From: Eledone cirrhosa
Taxonomy: Eukaryota
Direction of reading: 5' to 3'
NCBI GenBank assembly: GCA_964016885.1
Contig: OZ024748.1
Span: 31,372,001 to 31,436,000, forward strand
DNA length: 64,000 nucleotides
Shown: positions 1 through 15,829 of the stretch, piece after piece
Numbering within the stretch: the stretch's first letter is position 1
Layout: the number at the start of each line of letters is the position of its first letter
Position numbers and translations under genes: made by a program
The notes under the pieces: generated by a model
Databases searched by the model: none
Told to the model about the DNA's origin: nothing
What the model saw: the letters and a program-made list of their open reading frames with translations, nothing else

Positions 1-129
1 TCCGATGTCTTCGCTAGGGCTCAATATACAAGTATAGCAATTTCGGTGCAATTCCATGAGAGATTCTAAGAGGAGATGTGTGCCAAAAATCGATAGACAG
101 ACAGACAACCACAGTTTTATATATATAGA
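1..129 (-). mobile_element. 5' end of a non-autonomous Helitron (second copy of the 14854-15783 family), cut by the window edge
   Basis: Near-identical to 15655-15783; the minus strand begins TCTATATATATAAAA...CTGTCTGTCT, a Helitron-type 5'-TC terminus. Confidence 0.7.
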
Positions 130-853
130 TGATTTATATTTCCTCATTTATTATGTAACCCAGTATGAATCATGTTGTACATATTGTTTATGGTAATTGT
201 TAATATAATGTTAAAATTTTATCATTGTATTTCACTGTGACATCTATATTGTTTCTGTAAATTAACCGGGGATTATCTATTCTACTTTATTATATTGTAT
301 TGAATTATATAATTTTGTTGTTTATTATTTGTTATAAGTGTTTCTTGTAATTATATCATATTATTGCCTCATGTATATTGGGTAGATGTATTAGCATTAT
401 TTTCACTATTACCATGCTTATTTTTAATATTCAAACTTCCAATAGGGCTTAATTTCTGTGTAATAGAAAATAGATATGTGTACTGTAATATGTGTGTGTG
501 TGTGTGTGTGTGTGCGCGCACATATATACATGTATATATTGTACCTTCTGAGTTTTTATTTGGAATTTTAATGTTGGTATAAATATATTATTATTATAAT
601 GTATTATATTGTGTTATACATTAATCCTGCTCTATATAACCAAATTTGTTTAGATTTAAGTTGGTGGCTTTGGACTATATTTGTAATATGGTTTCTTAAT
701 GTTATCTACATCCTTAGTTATTATAGTTTATTATTTTTATCTTTATTTTCATTTTTATTATCGTATATCTTTGCAAGACATTAGTGTATGTACAACTCCA
801 TATTCTTCAGAGTTTCTGGCTTGTATCTGCCGAAATTACCTCTTGTTGTTTTG

Positions 854-898
854 ATTGCCCTGATGAGTCCTTAATAGGACGAAACATTGTCGGCTAAT
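854..898 (+). ncRNA. Canonical type I hammerhead ribozyme motif
   Basis: attgcc-CTGATGA-GTCCT taat AGGAC-GAAAC att GTC-ggc(t)aat: full core, 5-bp stem II, stem I GCC/GGC extendable across a bulge, GUC triplet (predicted cut after 891), followed by AATAAA. Confidence 0.85.
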
Positions 899-1041
899 AA
901 AACTTTTGATGTATTAAAGGATTCTTTGTTTTACTCTCTTAATTTTGGGGCTCTGTTAACTGCATTGAGCTATACCTTTTACTGTCATTTCTATAATACG
1001 AAGAGGGTGTTTGACTCAAACACGCTCCAGTATTCTAATCC

Positions 1042-1857
<816 letters not shown>

Positions 1858-1901
1858 AAATAAACATATATATATATATATATACATATATATAGATATA
1901 C

Positions 1902-1934
<33 letters not shown>

Positions 1935-1964
1935 CATATATATATACAATATATATATAGTTTT

Positions 1965-2298
1965 GCGAGGTTTTTTATATGAAATCGTGTGTCGAAACAG
2001 ATATTGTTATACTTGGGGAGGGTCATATTTGCGTAATATTGCCAGAATTAATAACAGAACACACTCACTGTTTGGTTGGTTTTCGCTTCTCGCTGTCTTT
2101 TATTATATCTGCGATCTAACTTACTCGGTCCTCAATGTTGCCATTGACTGACCGGCGGTCAAAAATAATACAGATACAATATAGACACAAACACATATAT
2201 ATATATATAGTTTACATAATTTACATAAATCTTTCGTTGCACATCTGCAACATCGTCAGTGGTGTTATATTCATTGTTCCTCCTGTTGTGTTGTATGC
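1965..2298 (-). mobile_element. pLTR-like repeat, family A copy 1, with HHR-like core at 2232-2259 (minus)
   Basis: Nearly identical to 3191-3511; the minus strand reads CTGACGA-T-GTTGCA gatg TGCAAC-GAAAGATTTA. Confidence 0.65.
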
Positions 2299-2311
2299 GT
2301 AGACATACAAC

Positions 2312-2511
2312 AGGAAAGGTGTTTCCTCAAAAACCAGTATGACTCTAAAAACCGGTTTGTCTGTGTGTTTACATACAGAATAGCTGGACACTCACAGTAA
2401 AGTGACCAGTGAAAAAACTTGGTACATCTACATATGTATACGTGTGTGTATTCATATGCATACTAGTATTTCAGTATACATATTGCGGATGTACATTTTT
2501 TAACTTAATTG

Positions 2512-2512
<1 letters not shown>
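2312..2512 (+). repeat. Dispersed ~200-bp repeat, inverted copy of 13240-13440
   Basis: Reverse-complement match; both copies end at (TA)n. Confidence 0.8.
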
Positions 2513-3182
<670 letters not shown>

Positions 3183-3190
3183 TTAGTTTA

Positions 3191-4127
3191 GCGAGGTTTT
3201 TTATATGAAATCGTGTGTCGAAACAATATTGTTATACTTGGGGAGGGTCATATTTGTGTAATATTGCCAGAATTAATAACAGAACACACTCACTGTTAGG
3301 TTGGTTTTCGCTTCTCGCTGTCTTTTATATCTGCGATCTAACTTAATCGGTCCTCAAATGTTGCCATTGACTGACCGACGGTCAAAAATAATACAGATAC
3401 AATATAGACACAAACACATATATATAGTTTACATAATTTACATAAATCTTTCGTTGCACATCTGCAACATCGTCAGTGGTGTTATATTTTTTTCCTCCTG
3501 TTGTGTTGTATAAAGCTAAACAGAAGCTAAACAGAAAGAACAGAAAGAATGAGTGGAACAACAACAACACCCAACAAACAACACTGACCTAAGAGAAGTA
3601 TAAATAAGTAAATAAAATAAAATAAAATGAAATAAGATAAATAAATACACACACAAGCACAATAACAACGAGCACATAAACACACACTAGTCACCCAGCA
3701 CACACAACACTATACACACTAGTCACACATCAAACATAACACTATACACACACGCAAACGCATGCGCAAAGAAGACAAAATAAAATAAACAAACAAGCAA
3801 ATAAATAAATAAATATATAGACAGACTGAATAAAAAATGGCGTAGACATACAACACAACAAGAGGGAAAAATATAACACCACTGACGATGTTGCAAATGT
3901 GCAACGAAAGATTTATGTAAATTATGTAAACTATATATATGTGTTTGTGTCTATATTGTATCTGTATTATTTTTGACCGTCGGTCAGTCAATGGCAACAT
4001 TGAGGACCGATTAAGTTAGATCGCAGATATAAAAGACAGCGAGAAGCGAAAACCAACCAAACAGTGAGTGTGTTCTGTTATTAATTCTGGCAATATTACA
4101 CAAATATGACCCTCCCCAAGTATAACA

Positions 4128-4130
<3 letters not shown>
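3191..4130. mobile_element. Inverted pair of family A pLTR-like repeats (arms ~3226-3511 and ~3848-4130) around a simple-repeat-rich spacer
   Basis: The arms are reverse complements; HHR-like cores at 3448-3476 (-) and 3882-3909 (+); both outer ends abut (TA)n. Confidence 0.75.
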
Positions 4131-5772
<1,642 letters not shown>

Positions 5773-5940
5773 AAATAAATACGGAGAAAGCTTTTTAGCG
5801 ATACTCCGGCCAAATTCCAACTCACTCAAAAAACATTAGGAAATAAATGACATTCCCAATATGCGTTCGGGGTGCTAACTAAAAGTATTGCGTAGAAAAT
5901 TGGCTGTATTATTTCATATGAGACATATCTAATATATCTC

Positions 5941-6017
<77 letters not shown>

Positions 6018-6023
<6 letters not shown>

Positions 6024-9000
6024 TCAGGTTATCAATAATGTAGTGATAATATACCGTCACGTTAGAGATGAACAGCGTACGTGTAGGTTTGCTCAACGAG
6101 TATAAATTATATTCCGGAGAAAATGTAGAAAAGATGAATATAAAATGAAAGTGCTTTTTTAAAAAGGAATTTATTAGGTATTGACATATGTTTCTGTAAC
6201 AGACGGAATACCTATGTATCGCTGCTTGCGTAATCATATAATGTTAGCAAGTATTCGATAGCAAATGTATAATCAGTTGTCACTTCTTCAGAGATTTTGG
6301 ATAAATTGGAAAAAATCAGAAAAATTGAAGTATTTATATTAGTTGTAAGAAAGGAAGAGAGGGCATAGTATATGACAGATGGCTATTCAATTTACTGGTA
6401 AACAAGCATATAAAGGGTTTCTAATGAGAATACAATGAGTATATGGTTTATTTTATCTAAATAAGAATTTTTGGGAGTGCGTATTTTAATCTATACTTGA
6501 CTAATTGAACAATGGACAGGGCTTGTCGTTTGGTGTAGTAGTATTAATAGATATAAAGTGTCAATTAAGGAAGAGGGATATTTTCACTGCTACTGAATAA
6601 CAACAATGCTGGTAGCCTGCTGGTATATGCATTAGGGAATTTAATTAAGAAATCTCATTTTATCTATAGCAGTTTATATTAAATGGTAAAGAATAGAAGA
6701 GTTGATAGAATTAAGAATGTTAATATGTATTTTGACAATCAAACGGAGATGGAGACAGGCGTTCAATCCTGGTAGTGTTTGTAATATGAAAATGTAGATC
6801 AAACATCAAACGTATATACCATGGATGTGGACACTTACAATAACTTCATCGGTAAGGAATTGCATAAAAAATACAAGAAAACTAATGAAGCTACACTTAA
6901 AAACATCAACAACTCGGCATGTGAAATTGCTAAAAAACTTTGTATTGACGATAGAACGCAACCCTTAACACCAACTACACCATCCTTCAACCTGAAGGAC
7001 CACAAGGTAAACTTCGATACTGACCCTAAAATTAGACTTATATGCCCCTCTAAATCTGATATAGGCAAAATTAGCAAATATATACTAAACAGAATTATCT
7101 CCCAAGTTAAGGCTATAGTAGATATTAAACTATGGGGTAACACCCATGAGGCAATAAGATGGTTTAATAGCATTACTGATAAGAAAAAAATCAAAATTTA
7201 TTCAGTTCGATATTGATGAATATTATTCCTCAATTTCACCTGATACTCTGCATGAAGCTCTTTCGTTCGCTAAGGCTAATTCCGACCTTACGGATGCTGA
7301 AATTAATATTATTATGGAAGCGAGGAAAACTATTGTTAAATTTGATGATAGCTACTGGGTTCGCAAAGTTAGACCTTCTAATTTTGATATTACTATGGGT
7401 TCCAATGATTCGGCGGAAGTAACTGATCTTGTGGGAATTTATATCACCCACAGACTACAAGGAAAATTCAAGGATCTCCACGGTGGAATCTACCGTGACG
7501 ATGCGCTCCTATTAGTTAAGCATATGAATAACCAGAATTTAGAAAGGATGCGTAAAAATATCAGGAAGCTTTTTAAGGAACTAGGATTAAATATTACATT
7601 TGAATATAACCTCAAAGAAGTTAATTTCCTTGATGTTACTTTGAATCTCAATACAGAAACGATTAAACCGTTCCATAAACTAAATGAGAACCTTAAATAT
7701 GTAAATACGGGTTCTAACCATCCACCCTCTATAATTAAATCCATCCATAGAAATATTTCCCTTAGAATCTCCTGCCTGTCGTCCAACCAGCAAACCTTCA
7801 AAGAACATGCCGAATATTACGATGATGCACTTAGGAAGGCTGGACACCTAGATAATATAGAGTATATAGTCGACGATCACCAAAACACCCAAAATAAATC
7901 TCATAGAGGTAGAAATAGCATAGAATCACCACCATACATACACTACCGCAATAGACACACTAATAGTCGCACAACACCAAACAGAAGGCGATGTAAAGAG
8001 TATATATGGTACAACCCGGTCTATAACATCTCTATTAAAACCAATCTACCCTCATAATTCTTTCGATTAGTTACAAACACTTTCCAACATCACATAAATA
8101 TAATAAAATCTTAAACCCTAACACTATTCGACTTTCATATTCAACCGCCCCTAATATTGAACAACATATAAAGAAGCTTAACGCAAAACGGCTGTATAAA
8201 CGCCTTCCAACACATAACAATACATGGAAAACATCGGCTATAACATCACAAAACAACAAACAACATCCCGTCCTACCTACGCAACCTCATCAACCCATCC
8301 ATGCCAATACAACAACGCAAAATCATAACTGTAACTGTGTCCAACCAGGAATGTGTCCGTTGAACAATCAGTGTCTAGAACGCAACATCATATACAAATG
8401 TACTATCGAATCGGAAGGCCAGAACTGGTACTATGTGGGGTCTACAGCCACCTCCTTCAAATCTCGCCTTTATAGACATCGTTACTCGATAAAACATGAA
8501 AACCAGCGTTATGTAACAACACTCGCAGACAAGGCTTGGCAGCTGCGCGAAAATAACCAACAATTTAACCTAAAATGGGATATAATAGCGCGGCCCTCAT
8601 TATCCCACGGACAGGAATTTTGTAAATTGTGTAATATGGAATTATTTTGTATGATGAAATCCCAAAATATTTTATTAAATAACAGATTAGAGCGATCGTT
8701 ATACTGTAACCATCGCTTGAAATCTACATTTTCATATTACAAACAGTACCAGGATTGAACGCCTGTATCCATCTCCGTTTGATTGTCAAAATACATATTA
8801 ACATTCTTAATTCTATCAACTCTTCTATTCTTTACCATTTAATATAAACTGCTATAGATAAAATGAGATTTCTTAATTCAATTCCCTAATGCATATACCA
8901 GCAGGCTACCAGCATTGTTGTTATTCAGTAGCAGTGAAAATATCCCTCTTCCTTAATTGACACTTTATATCTATTAATAATACTACACCAAACGACAAGC

Positions 9001-9383
9001 CCTGTCCATTGTTCAATTGGTCAAGTATAAATTAAAATAAGCACTCCCAAAAATTCTTATTTAGATAAAATAAACCATATACGCATTGTATTCTCATTAG
9101 AAACCTTTATATACTTGTTTACCAGTAAATTGAATAGCCATCTGTCATATACTATCCCCTCTCTTCCTTTCTTACAACTAATATAAATACTTCAATTTTT
9201 CTGATTTTTTCCAATTTATCCAATATCTCTGAAGAAGTGACAACTGATTATACATTTGCTATCGAATACTTGCTAACATTATATGATTACGCAAGCAGCG
9301 ATACATAGGTATTCCGTCTGTTACAGAAACATATGTCAATACCTTTTTAAAAAAGCACTTTCATTTTATATACATCTTTTCTA
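6018..9383 (+). mobile_element. 5'-truncated Penelope-like element (Naiad-like) with an inverted 3'/pLTR copy at its 5' end
   Basis: Inverted repeat ~6126-6799 vs ~8722-9383 encloses an RT/GIY-YIG coding region; (TA)n on both sides. Confidence 0.88.
6800..8758 (+). pseudogene. PLE reverse transcriptase + GIY-YIG endonuclease, disrupted (Naiad-like)
   Basis: Motifs FIQFDIDEYYSSI, FDITMGSNDSAE, IYRDD, VNFLDVTLNL, SNHPP, IWYNP, linker CNCVQPGMC (CxCx5C), IIYKC..YYVGST..FKSRLYRH, CKLC; +1 frameshift in the A-run near 7190, TAA at 8055-8057, -1 frameshift near 8073. Confidence 0.88.
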
Positions 9384-9539
9384 TATATATATATGTATAT
9401 ATATATATGTATATATATATATCAACACAATATACGCCAGAACACGTGCCAACACAAACACTCACCTTACCTTGAATCAAAGAAGAACTACGGTAATAAC
9501 TCTTCGCTTTTTCTACAAAAACACCCTATCGCACACAAC

Positions 9540-12204
9540 ATGAACAAAAAGCACAAACACGATAGGTATTCATTTGACCAGACCATGAGAAGTAGTAAAA
9601 CCAGGAGATCATTCTCAAGATCTCAACAGAGACTACCAACAAGGAATGTGGAAACAAAACGTACAATAACCAGATCACTCTCAAGATCTCAACAGAGATT
9701 GCCCACAAGAAACTGGACGAAAAAACGATCTAAACCTGAAAGCAAACCTAGGTCATTTTCCCAGATTGTTAAAAATAATGCTAACAGGAAGAAAAATAAT
9801 ATACAGAATACCAAAAATAGGACAAAATACATAACGAAACCAAATATAATATCACGACCAAAAGTTCATCAAGCGAACACCAACAGGAATATAAATCCTG
9901 AACAGAGAAAAATTCATTTTTTAACGTCAGGACAACAAAAACCGGAAAAAGAAAAACTCCAGGAGGAAACATACCCAAAACAGCTGTACACATAGATCCT
10001 AAAATAATTAATTTATCTAAAAGAGATCTTGACAATGATGAAATGCAAATTCTGTCAAAAGGACTGAAATTCACACCGACTCCAACAGTCAACCACCAAG
10101 AACTGAAGGAGGATACCCAAGAATTCTGTCGAAAATTACGTCTTGTAGAATTCTTCGCTGATAAAAATAATGAGAGTGATGAATCACTAGTAAAGAATAA
10201 ATCAAATTTCACTCCGCCAAAAGGAAGAAATATCTATCTCGACCAATACATTGACATCCTGTCTAAATTTCCTCTTAGACATAATACTAATGTTAGGCCA
10301 AACATTAACAAATCAGAAATGTCTGCACTTAAACGTATACAAAATGATAAAACAATAATAATTAAACAAGCAGATAAAGGGGGTGCAGTTGTTATAATGG
10401 ATACTGAATACTACAAGGATTTGGTTGAGGAACAACTGAAAGACACAACATTCTATCATGAAATACCGTCAAATATAGACCACAACATCATGAAGAAGAT
10501 CAACAACCTGGCTTCAAAATACCACAACTCATTTACTGATAAGGAAAGAGACTACATCACCAATTTTGAGCCGAAACCCAGCAACCTGTATGGCCTACCG
10601 AAAGTTCACAAGTCAAAAGAAATACAACTGGCAGTAAGAGAACAAAACAGTGAGTACATTAAATTATTACACCCAAAAGACTTAAAACTTAGACCTATTA
10701 TAGCTGGTCCAACATGCCCCACTCACCGTCTAAGCAATTTTGTTGACATTATTTTGAAACCACTATGTATTCACATACCCAGTTTCATCCGGGATGATAT
10801 CGACTTCCTGTCCCATCTTCCCAAAACCACGGAAACGAATTCACTTCTACTCAGTTTTGATGTGGTAAGCCTTTACACCAACATTACACATGATTTAGGA
10901 ATAAAGGCGGTTAAATACTGGGTGGAAAAACATAGAGAAGTGATTCCCATTAGATTCACAGCGCCATTTATATTAGACGCAGTTAAACTTATTCTGGAAA
11001 ACAACACTTTCTTCTTCAATGGAAAGAATTACATCCAAATTAGAGGCACAGCGATGGGAACGAAGTTTGCTCCCGTTTACGCGAACTCTGTAATGGGATA
11101 CTTAGAACAACTCTACCAAGAAATAGAGGAAAAATATAGTACTGACTTTAGAAAGTACATTGAAAAATCTTGGAAGAGATACCTTGACGACTGTTTCATC
11201 ATCTGGATGAGTTCAATATCCTCCTGAATAACCTATACCCATCTCTCCAATTCACAAAAGAGATGAGTAGGACCAAATTACCATTCCTAGATATAATGAT
11301 AATCAAAAACGACACCACCATTACCACGGATATATATTATAAACACACAGACACCCATCAATATCTGAATTTTAAGTCGTGCCATCCACCTCATACAAAA
11401 CGCAACATCCCATACTGCCTAGCCAGAAGAATTTGTACCATTGTAGAAGATACGAATACCAGGTACAAACGCCTAACAGAACTAAGAGAATGTTTGCTCA
11501 AACAAAAATACCCATCTCTACTTATAGTAAATGGCATACAGCGGGCTATAAAAATACCTATACAACAACTTAGAACAACCCAAGGAAGAAGAAACCAAGA
11601 ACTGGTCATACCATTTATAATGACACACAACCCATGTCACCAGAATATCTTCAACACTGCCAAAGCAAACCTACCGATCATTGCTCAAAGTAATGAATTA
11701 AAAGGCTTAATCACAGATCGATCTTTGACTCTTAGTAAAAGACAACCAAAAAATTTGAAGCAATTGCTAACAAAAGCAAAGTTTGACCTTAACAACAAAG
11801 ACCAATCATTCACTGTATCTAAATGCAATGATAATCGATGCGGCACATGTCAATCCATACACGCCGGTCAATATATGAAAACAAAAACTGGAAAAATATT
11901 CCCAAATGCAAATATGAACTGCAAAAGCAGAAATCTAATTTATTGCATTAAATGCCCGAATTGTGAAGAACTATATGTCGGTCAAACTGGAAATGCACTA
12001 TCGGAACGTGCACGGGTACACCGTCAACAAATCAGAGACCCAAATGTCCGTCGGATACCCCTAAGCGGCCACCTGGCAACATGTGGTCAGGGAATATTTA
12101 TAATATTCCCATTCTACAAATTACACAGCCCAAGTGAAATCAAGAGAAAAATCAAAGAAAAGAATTTTATTGATAAATTCAAACCCAAGCTAAATGAACA
12201 ATAA
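9540..12204 (+). pseudogene. PLE RT + GIY-YIG polyprotein, frameshifted (Neptune-like)
   Basis: IINLS..ILSKGLKFTP, ADKGGAVV, YGLPKVHK, LRPII, SFDVVSLYTNI, GTAMGTKFAPVYAN, RYLDD, LPFLD, SCHPPHTK, Cys linker CNDNRCGTC, NLIYCIKCPNC..YVGQTG..R..H; frame break between ~9900 and 9995 and a deletion-frameshift near 11205. Confidence 0.9.
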
Positions 12205-12575
12205 TAACGCTTAGGGGTATTACTTCTACTACCACTATGACCACGACCACTAACAACAACAACAACAATAATAATAATAATAAAAGTGATGTTGATGGTG
12301 ATGATTAATAGAAAATGCTATTTTCATCATTTCAAAAAGCAAAACAATTGATACGTTGGATATGACTATTGGTCGTTAGCATGCTCAACCAGCCGTGACG
12401 CTTAAACCAATCAGCTGTAGTAATTCAGTGAAACTACACACTGATTGGTCGAAATACAGTTTACAGGGCTTTGCATTCTGGAGCCACTTTTCTCTGTATA
12501 AAATGTATAAAAGGTAGGAAATTTACCCATCTCATTACAGTTGAAAATTGCAAACTCGACTGTCACCACATATCA

Positions 12576-12614
12576 TGAACCTGAAGATTGCGAAAGCATG
12601 AAAGTACTTGTTCA
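12576..12614 (+). ncRNA. Minimal type I HHR in the 3' pLTR of the Neptune-like PLE
   Basis: TGAAC-CTGAAGA-t TGC gaaa GCA t-GAAA GTAC TT-GTTCA: 5-bp stem I, palindromic AGTACT helix III, CUU triplet. Confidence 0.7.
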
Positions 12615-12780
12615 ATTAAGACTTAGAATTTAATATTCTATCATACTATTTCATTATAATACCATTATATATATTTTAAAGGATTGTAAATAAAACGAGT
12701 AAATCAGACAAAGTTGGAATTCCTCTTATTAATATAATCTTCTATACACAATCATACACACCCGTGTATATTTACCTATC

Positions 12781-12815
<35 letters not shown>

Positions 12816-12816
12816 T

Positions 12817-13440
<624 letters not shown>

Positions 13441-13930
13441 TATTCTCCAGAAATATATATATATATGCTCCTTCGTTGAGCTGAATTTAGCCCCATACAA
13501 ACGGCTGTTATTTCTAGCAGCACGAGTATGTGGCTAGCTAGACACTGGATAACCGCATGAGGTTACCTCGTGCGCTAAACAGTCTTCCTAAATATTTTGA
13601 AGTGGAACATACCAATTTTTATAGTGCTTGCTGAGGAGATCAAAATGCGGTATTTTCTTCCACTTTTTCATTATTCGAAACATATTTGGATTTTAAGGTT
13701 TAAATCTGTCTACGGAACAGGTTTGATTTTGAAATTTAAATTTGTCCAAGCACTACGGCCATTGCCAATACAATTTGTTTTTGTTGATTTATGATGTATT
13801 ATCTTAAGTCATGATAGGCAAACTGTAATATTATTATTAGTTTATTTCTATCTAGCTAACTTGTTCATTTACAATACAAACATAAATATGAGGATATTTG
13901 TGTTTATCAAATATATTGATTTATATTAAC

Positions 13931-14139
<209 letters not shown>

Positions 14140-14228
14140 AGTATGTATGTATACGTACATACATATATGTATACAGACGTACAGTAGCATGCTTATATAT
14201 ATATATATATATATATACATACAGGTAC

Positions 14229-14613
14229 ACATACATATATGCACGCATCAGTTTAGCGGATGCTTATTATAACGCCGATTTGTTCGTTTGTAAACAAACT
14301 GAACAGCCTGAATTTATGCCATACGGTGTTAAGGCAACCACGTCACCTTTTTGTTCAACACTGACACAGGAACGATGTACTAGTTTCAAGCTTGTTAGCT
14401 ATCATCAGCACCGTATACCCATCTGCCAGATAGTTGAACGTTCGAAAGTATATACTTTCCTTATGAAAATTAACGGCTGAGCAGCCTAATTTGCATATTG
14501 AGTGAGTTAAATCGGTCAGGCATACCGAAAACGATAAGTTGAAATAAAATGAAAACACATCGTTCCTGTGTCAGTGTTGAACAAAAAGGTGACGTGGTTG
14601 CCTTAACACCGTA
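14229..14613 (-). mobile_element. pLTR-like module with HHR and a short inverted duplication (14321-14378 vs 14557-14613)
   Basis: Reverse-complement match of ~57 bp; HHR on the minus strand. Confidence 0.65.
14373..14413 (-). ncRNA. Minimal type I HHR motif
   Basis: Minus strand CGGTG-CTGATGA-t AGC taacaa GCT t-GAAA CTAG TA-CATCG: 5-bp stem I (one G.U), palindromic ACTAGT, GUA triplet. Confidence 0.75.
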
Positions 14614-14685
14614 TACATATATGTATGTATACGTACATACATATATGTATACAGACGTACAGTAGCATGCATATACGGTAGCATG

Positions 14686-14739
<54 letters not shown>

Positions 14740-14853
14740 TGCTACTGTACGTCTGTATACATATATGTATGTACGTATACATACATACTTACATTTAAGT
14801 AAGTGCCATACTAAGAGTGAGAAATGAAATTTCGTTTTCATTTTATATATATA

Positions 14854-15783
14854 CTAGCAGTAAAGCCCGGCGTTGCTCGGGGTCGCTCAGTAGCTGTGTT
14901 AAAGTTACAATGTTATGTTTCTTTTTTGGCTTAAAAACTGTAGTGTCTACTGTGCAGACTTGCATGTGGTGTTTTTGATTAATATTCCCTCAACCAACAA
15001 TATGCCTTATGAAGTTAAGAAAACATAACGATAACCCGAATGTTATAACAAAAGAGGATGCTGGGGATAAAAACTGCACTGGTTATTTATTAACAAAGAT
15101 CGAAAATGTAAACACTGCAACGCAGAGAAAAACATTAGCGTAACCAAATTATCAGTTATGTCTGTCTGCACGCCTATATCACCTCTCTGCACGACTGTCT
15201 GTCTGCACGCCTATATCACCTCTCTGCACGACTGTCTGTCTGCACGCCTATATCACCTCTCTGCACGACTGTCTGTCTGCACGCCTATATCACCTCTCTG
15301 CACGACTGTCTGTCTGCACGCCTAACGAAATTTACAGATACATATATTTTATATAAACTTATATAATTTTTGCTTTTTTTTACGAAATATTTGCTTGTTT
15401 TAAGTAGTTTTTAAATAGACTTGTTTTCAAGTAAAAATATTGTTTTAAAAGGCTTGTTTTACGTAGTCTTTAAATCGTGTATTGTGTTAATGTCATTTTA
15501 AACGCTGAGAAAGCCAGCGTAATTTTTTTAATTTTTGCACGCAGACGCTCTTTGTAAACAGAACAAAGGGAAATAACTGATCACTTACGCTCAAAAATCG
15601 ATACATTATATTCGATTTCGTCACATAGGGTGGGTCAATTTGAAATATTTTTTTTCCGATGTCTTCGCTAGGGCTCAATGTACAAGTATAGCAATTTAGG
15701 TGCAATTCCGTGAGAGATTCTAAGAGGAGATGTGTGCCAAAAATCGATAGACAGACAGACAACCACAGTTTTATATATATAGA
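14854..15783 (-). mobile_element. Non-autonomous Helitron (~930 bp)
   Basis: Minus strand 5'-TCTATATATATAAAA...(CTGT)n; 3' subterminal hairpin CCCGAGCAACGCCGGG (14866-14881) then CTAG; sits between A and T, no TSD. Confidence 0.8.
15159..15324 (+). repeat. 37-bp minisatellite, ~4.5 perfect copies, inside the Helitron
   Basis: TGTCTGTCTGCACGCCTATATCACCTCTCTGCACGAC starting at 15159, 15196, 15233, 15270, 15307. Confidence 0.95.
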
Positions 15784-15829
15784 TATATATATTTCAATTT
15801 ATATATAATTAATTAATTTATATATGAAT

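Larger units (their letters stand above)
9424..12780 (+). mobile_element. Near-full-length Penelope-like element (Neptune-like) with a 3' pLTR hammerhead
   Basis: Basic N-terminus, RT, GIY-YIG, 3' UTR with HHR at 12576-12614; (TA)n at both ends. Confidence 0.9.

Noticed and set aside
780-820. Minus-strand CTGAAGA as another HHR
   Set aside because: No downstream GAAA or helix III
9229-9275. HHR in the Naiad-like pLTR (CTGAAGA...GAATAC; mirrored at ~6245-6291)
   Set aside because: The expected position and first core half are present, but GAAA is GAAT and I could not form convincing stems I-III; left uncalled
8320-9383. Selenoprotein-type Naiad (in-frame UGA plus SECIS)
   Set aside because: Conserved Cys positions are TGT codons, the internal stop is TAA, and no convincing SECIS stem is visible
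6126-9383. DNA transposon with long TIRs
   Set aside because: The enclosed ORF is RT/GIY-YIG, the inverted arm includes the ORF's last codons and the arms end unevenly; this fits an inverted PLE pLTR
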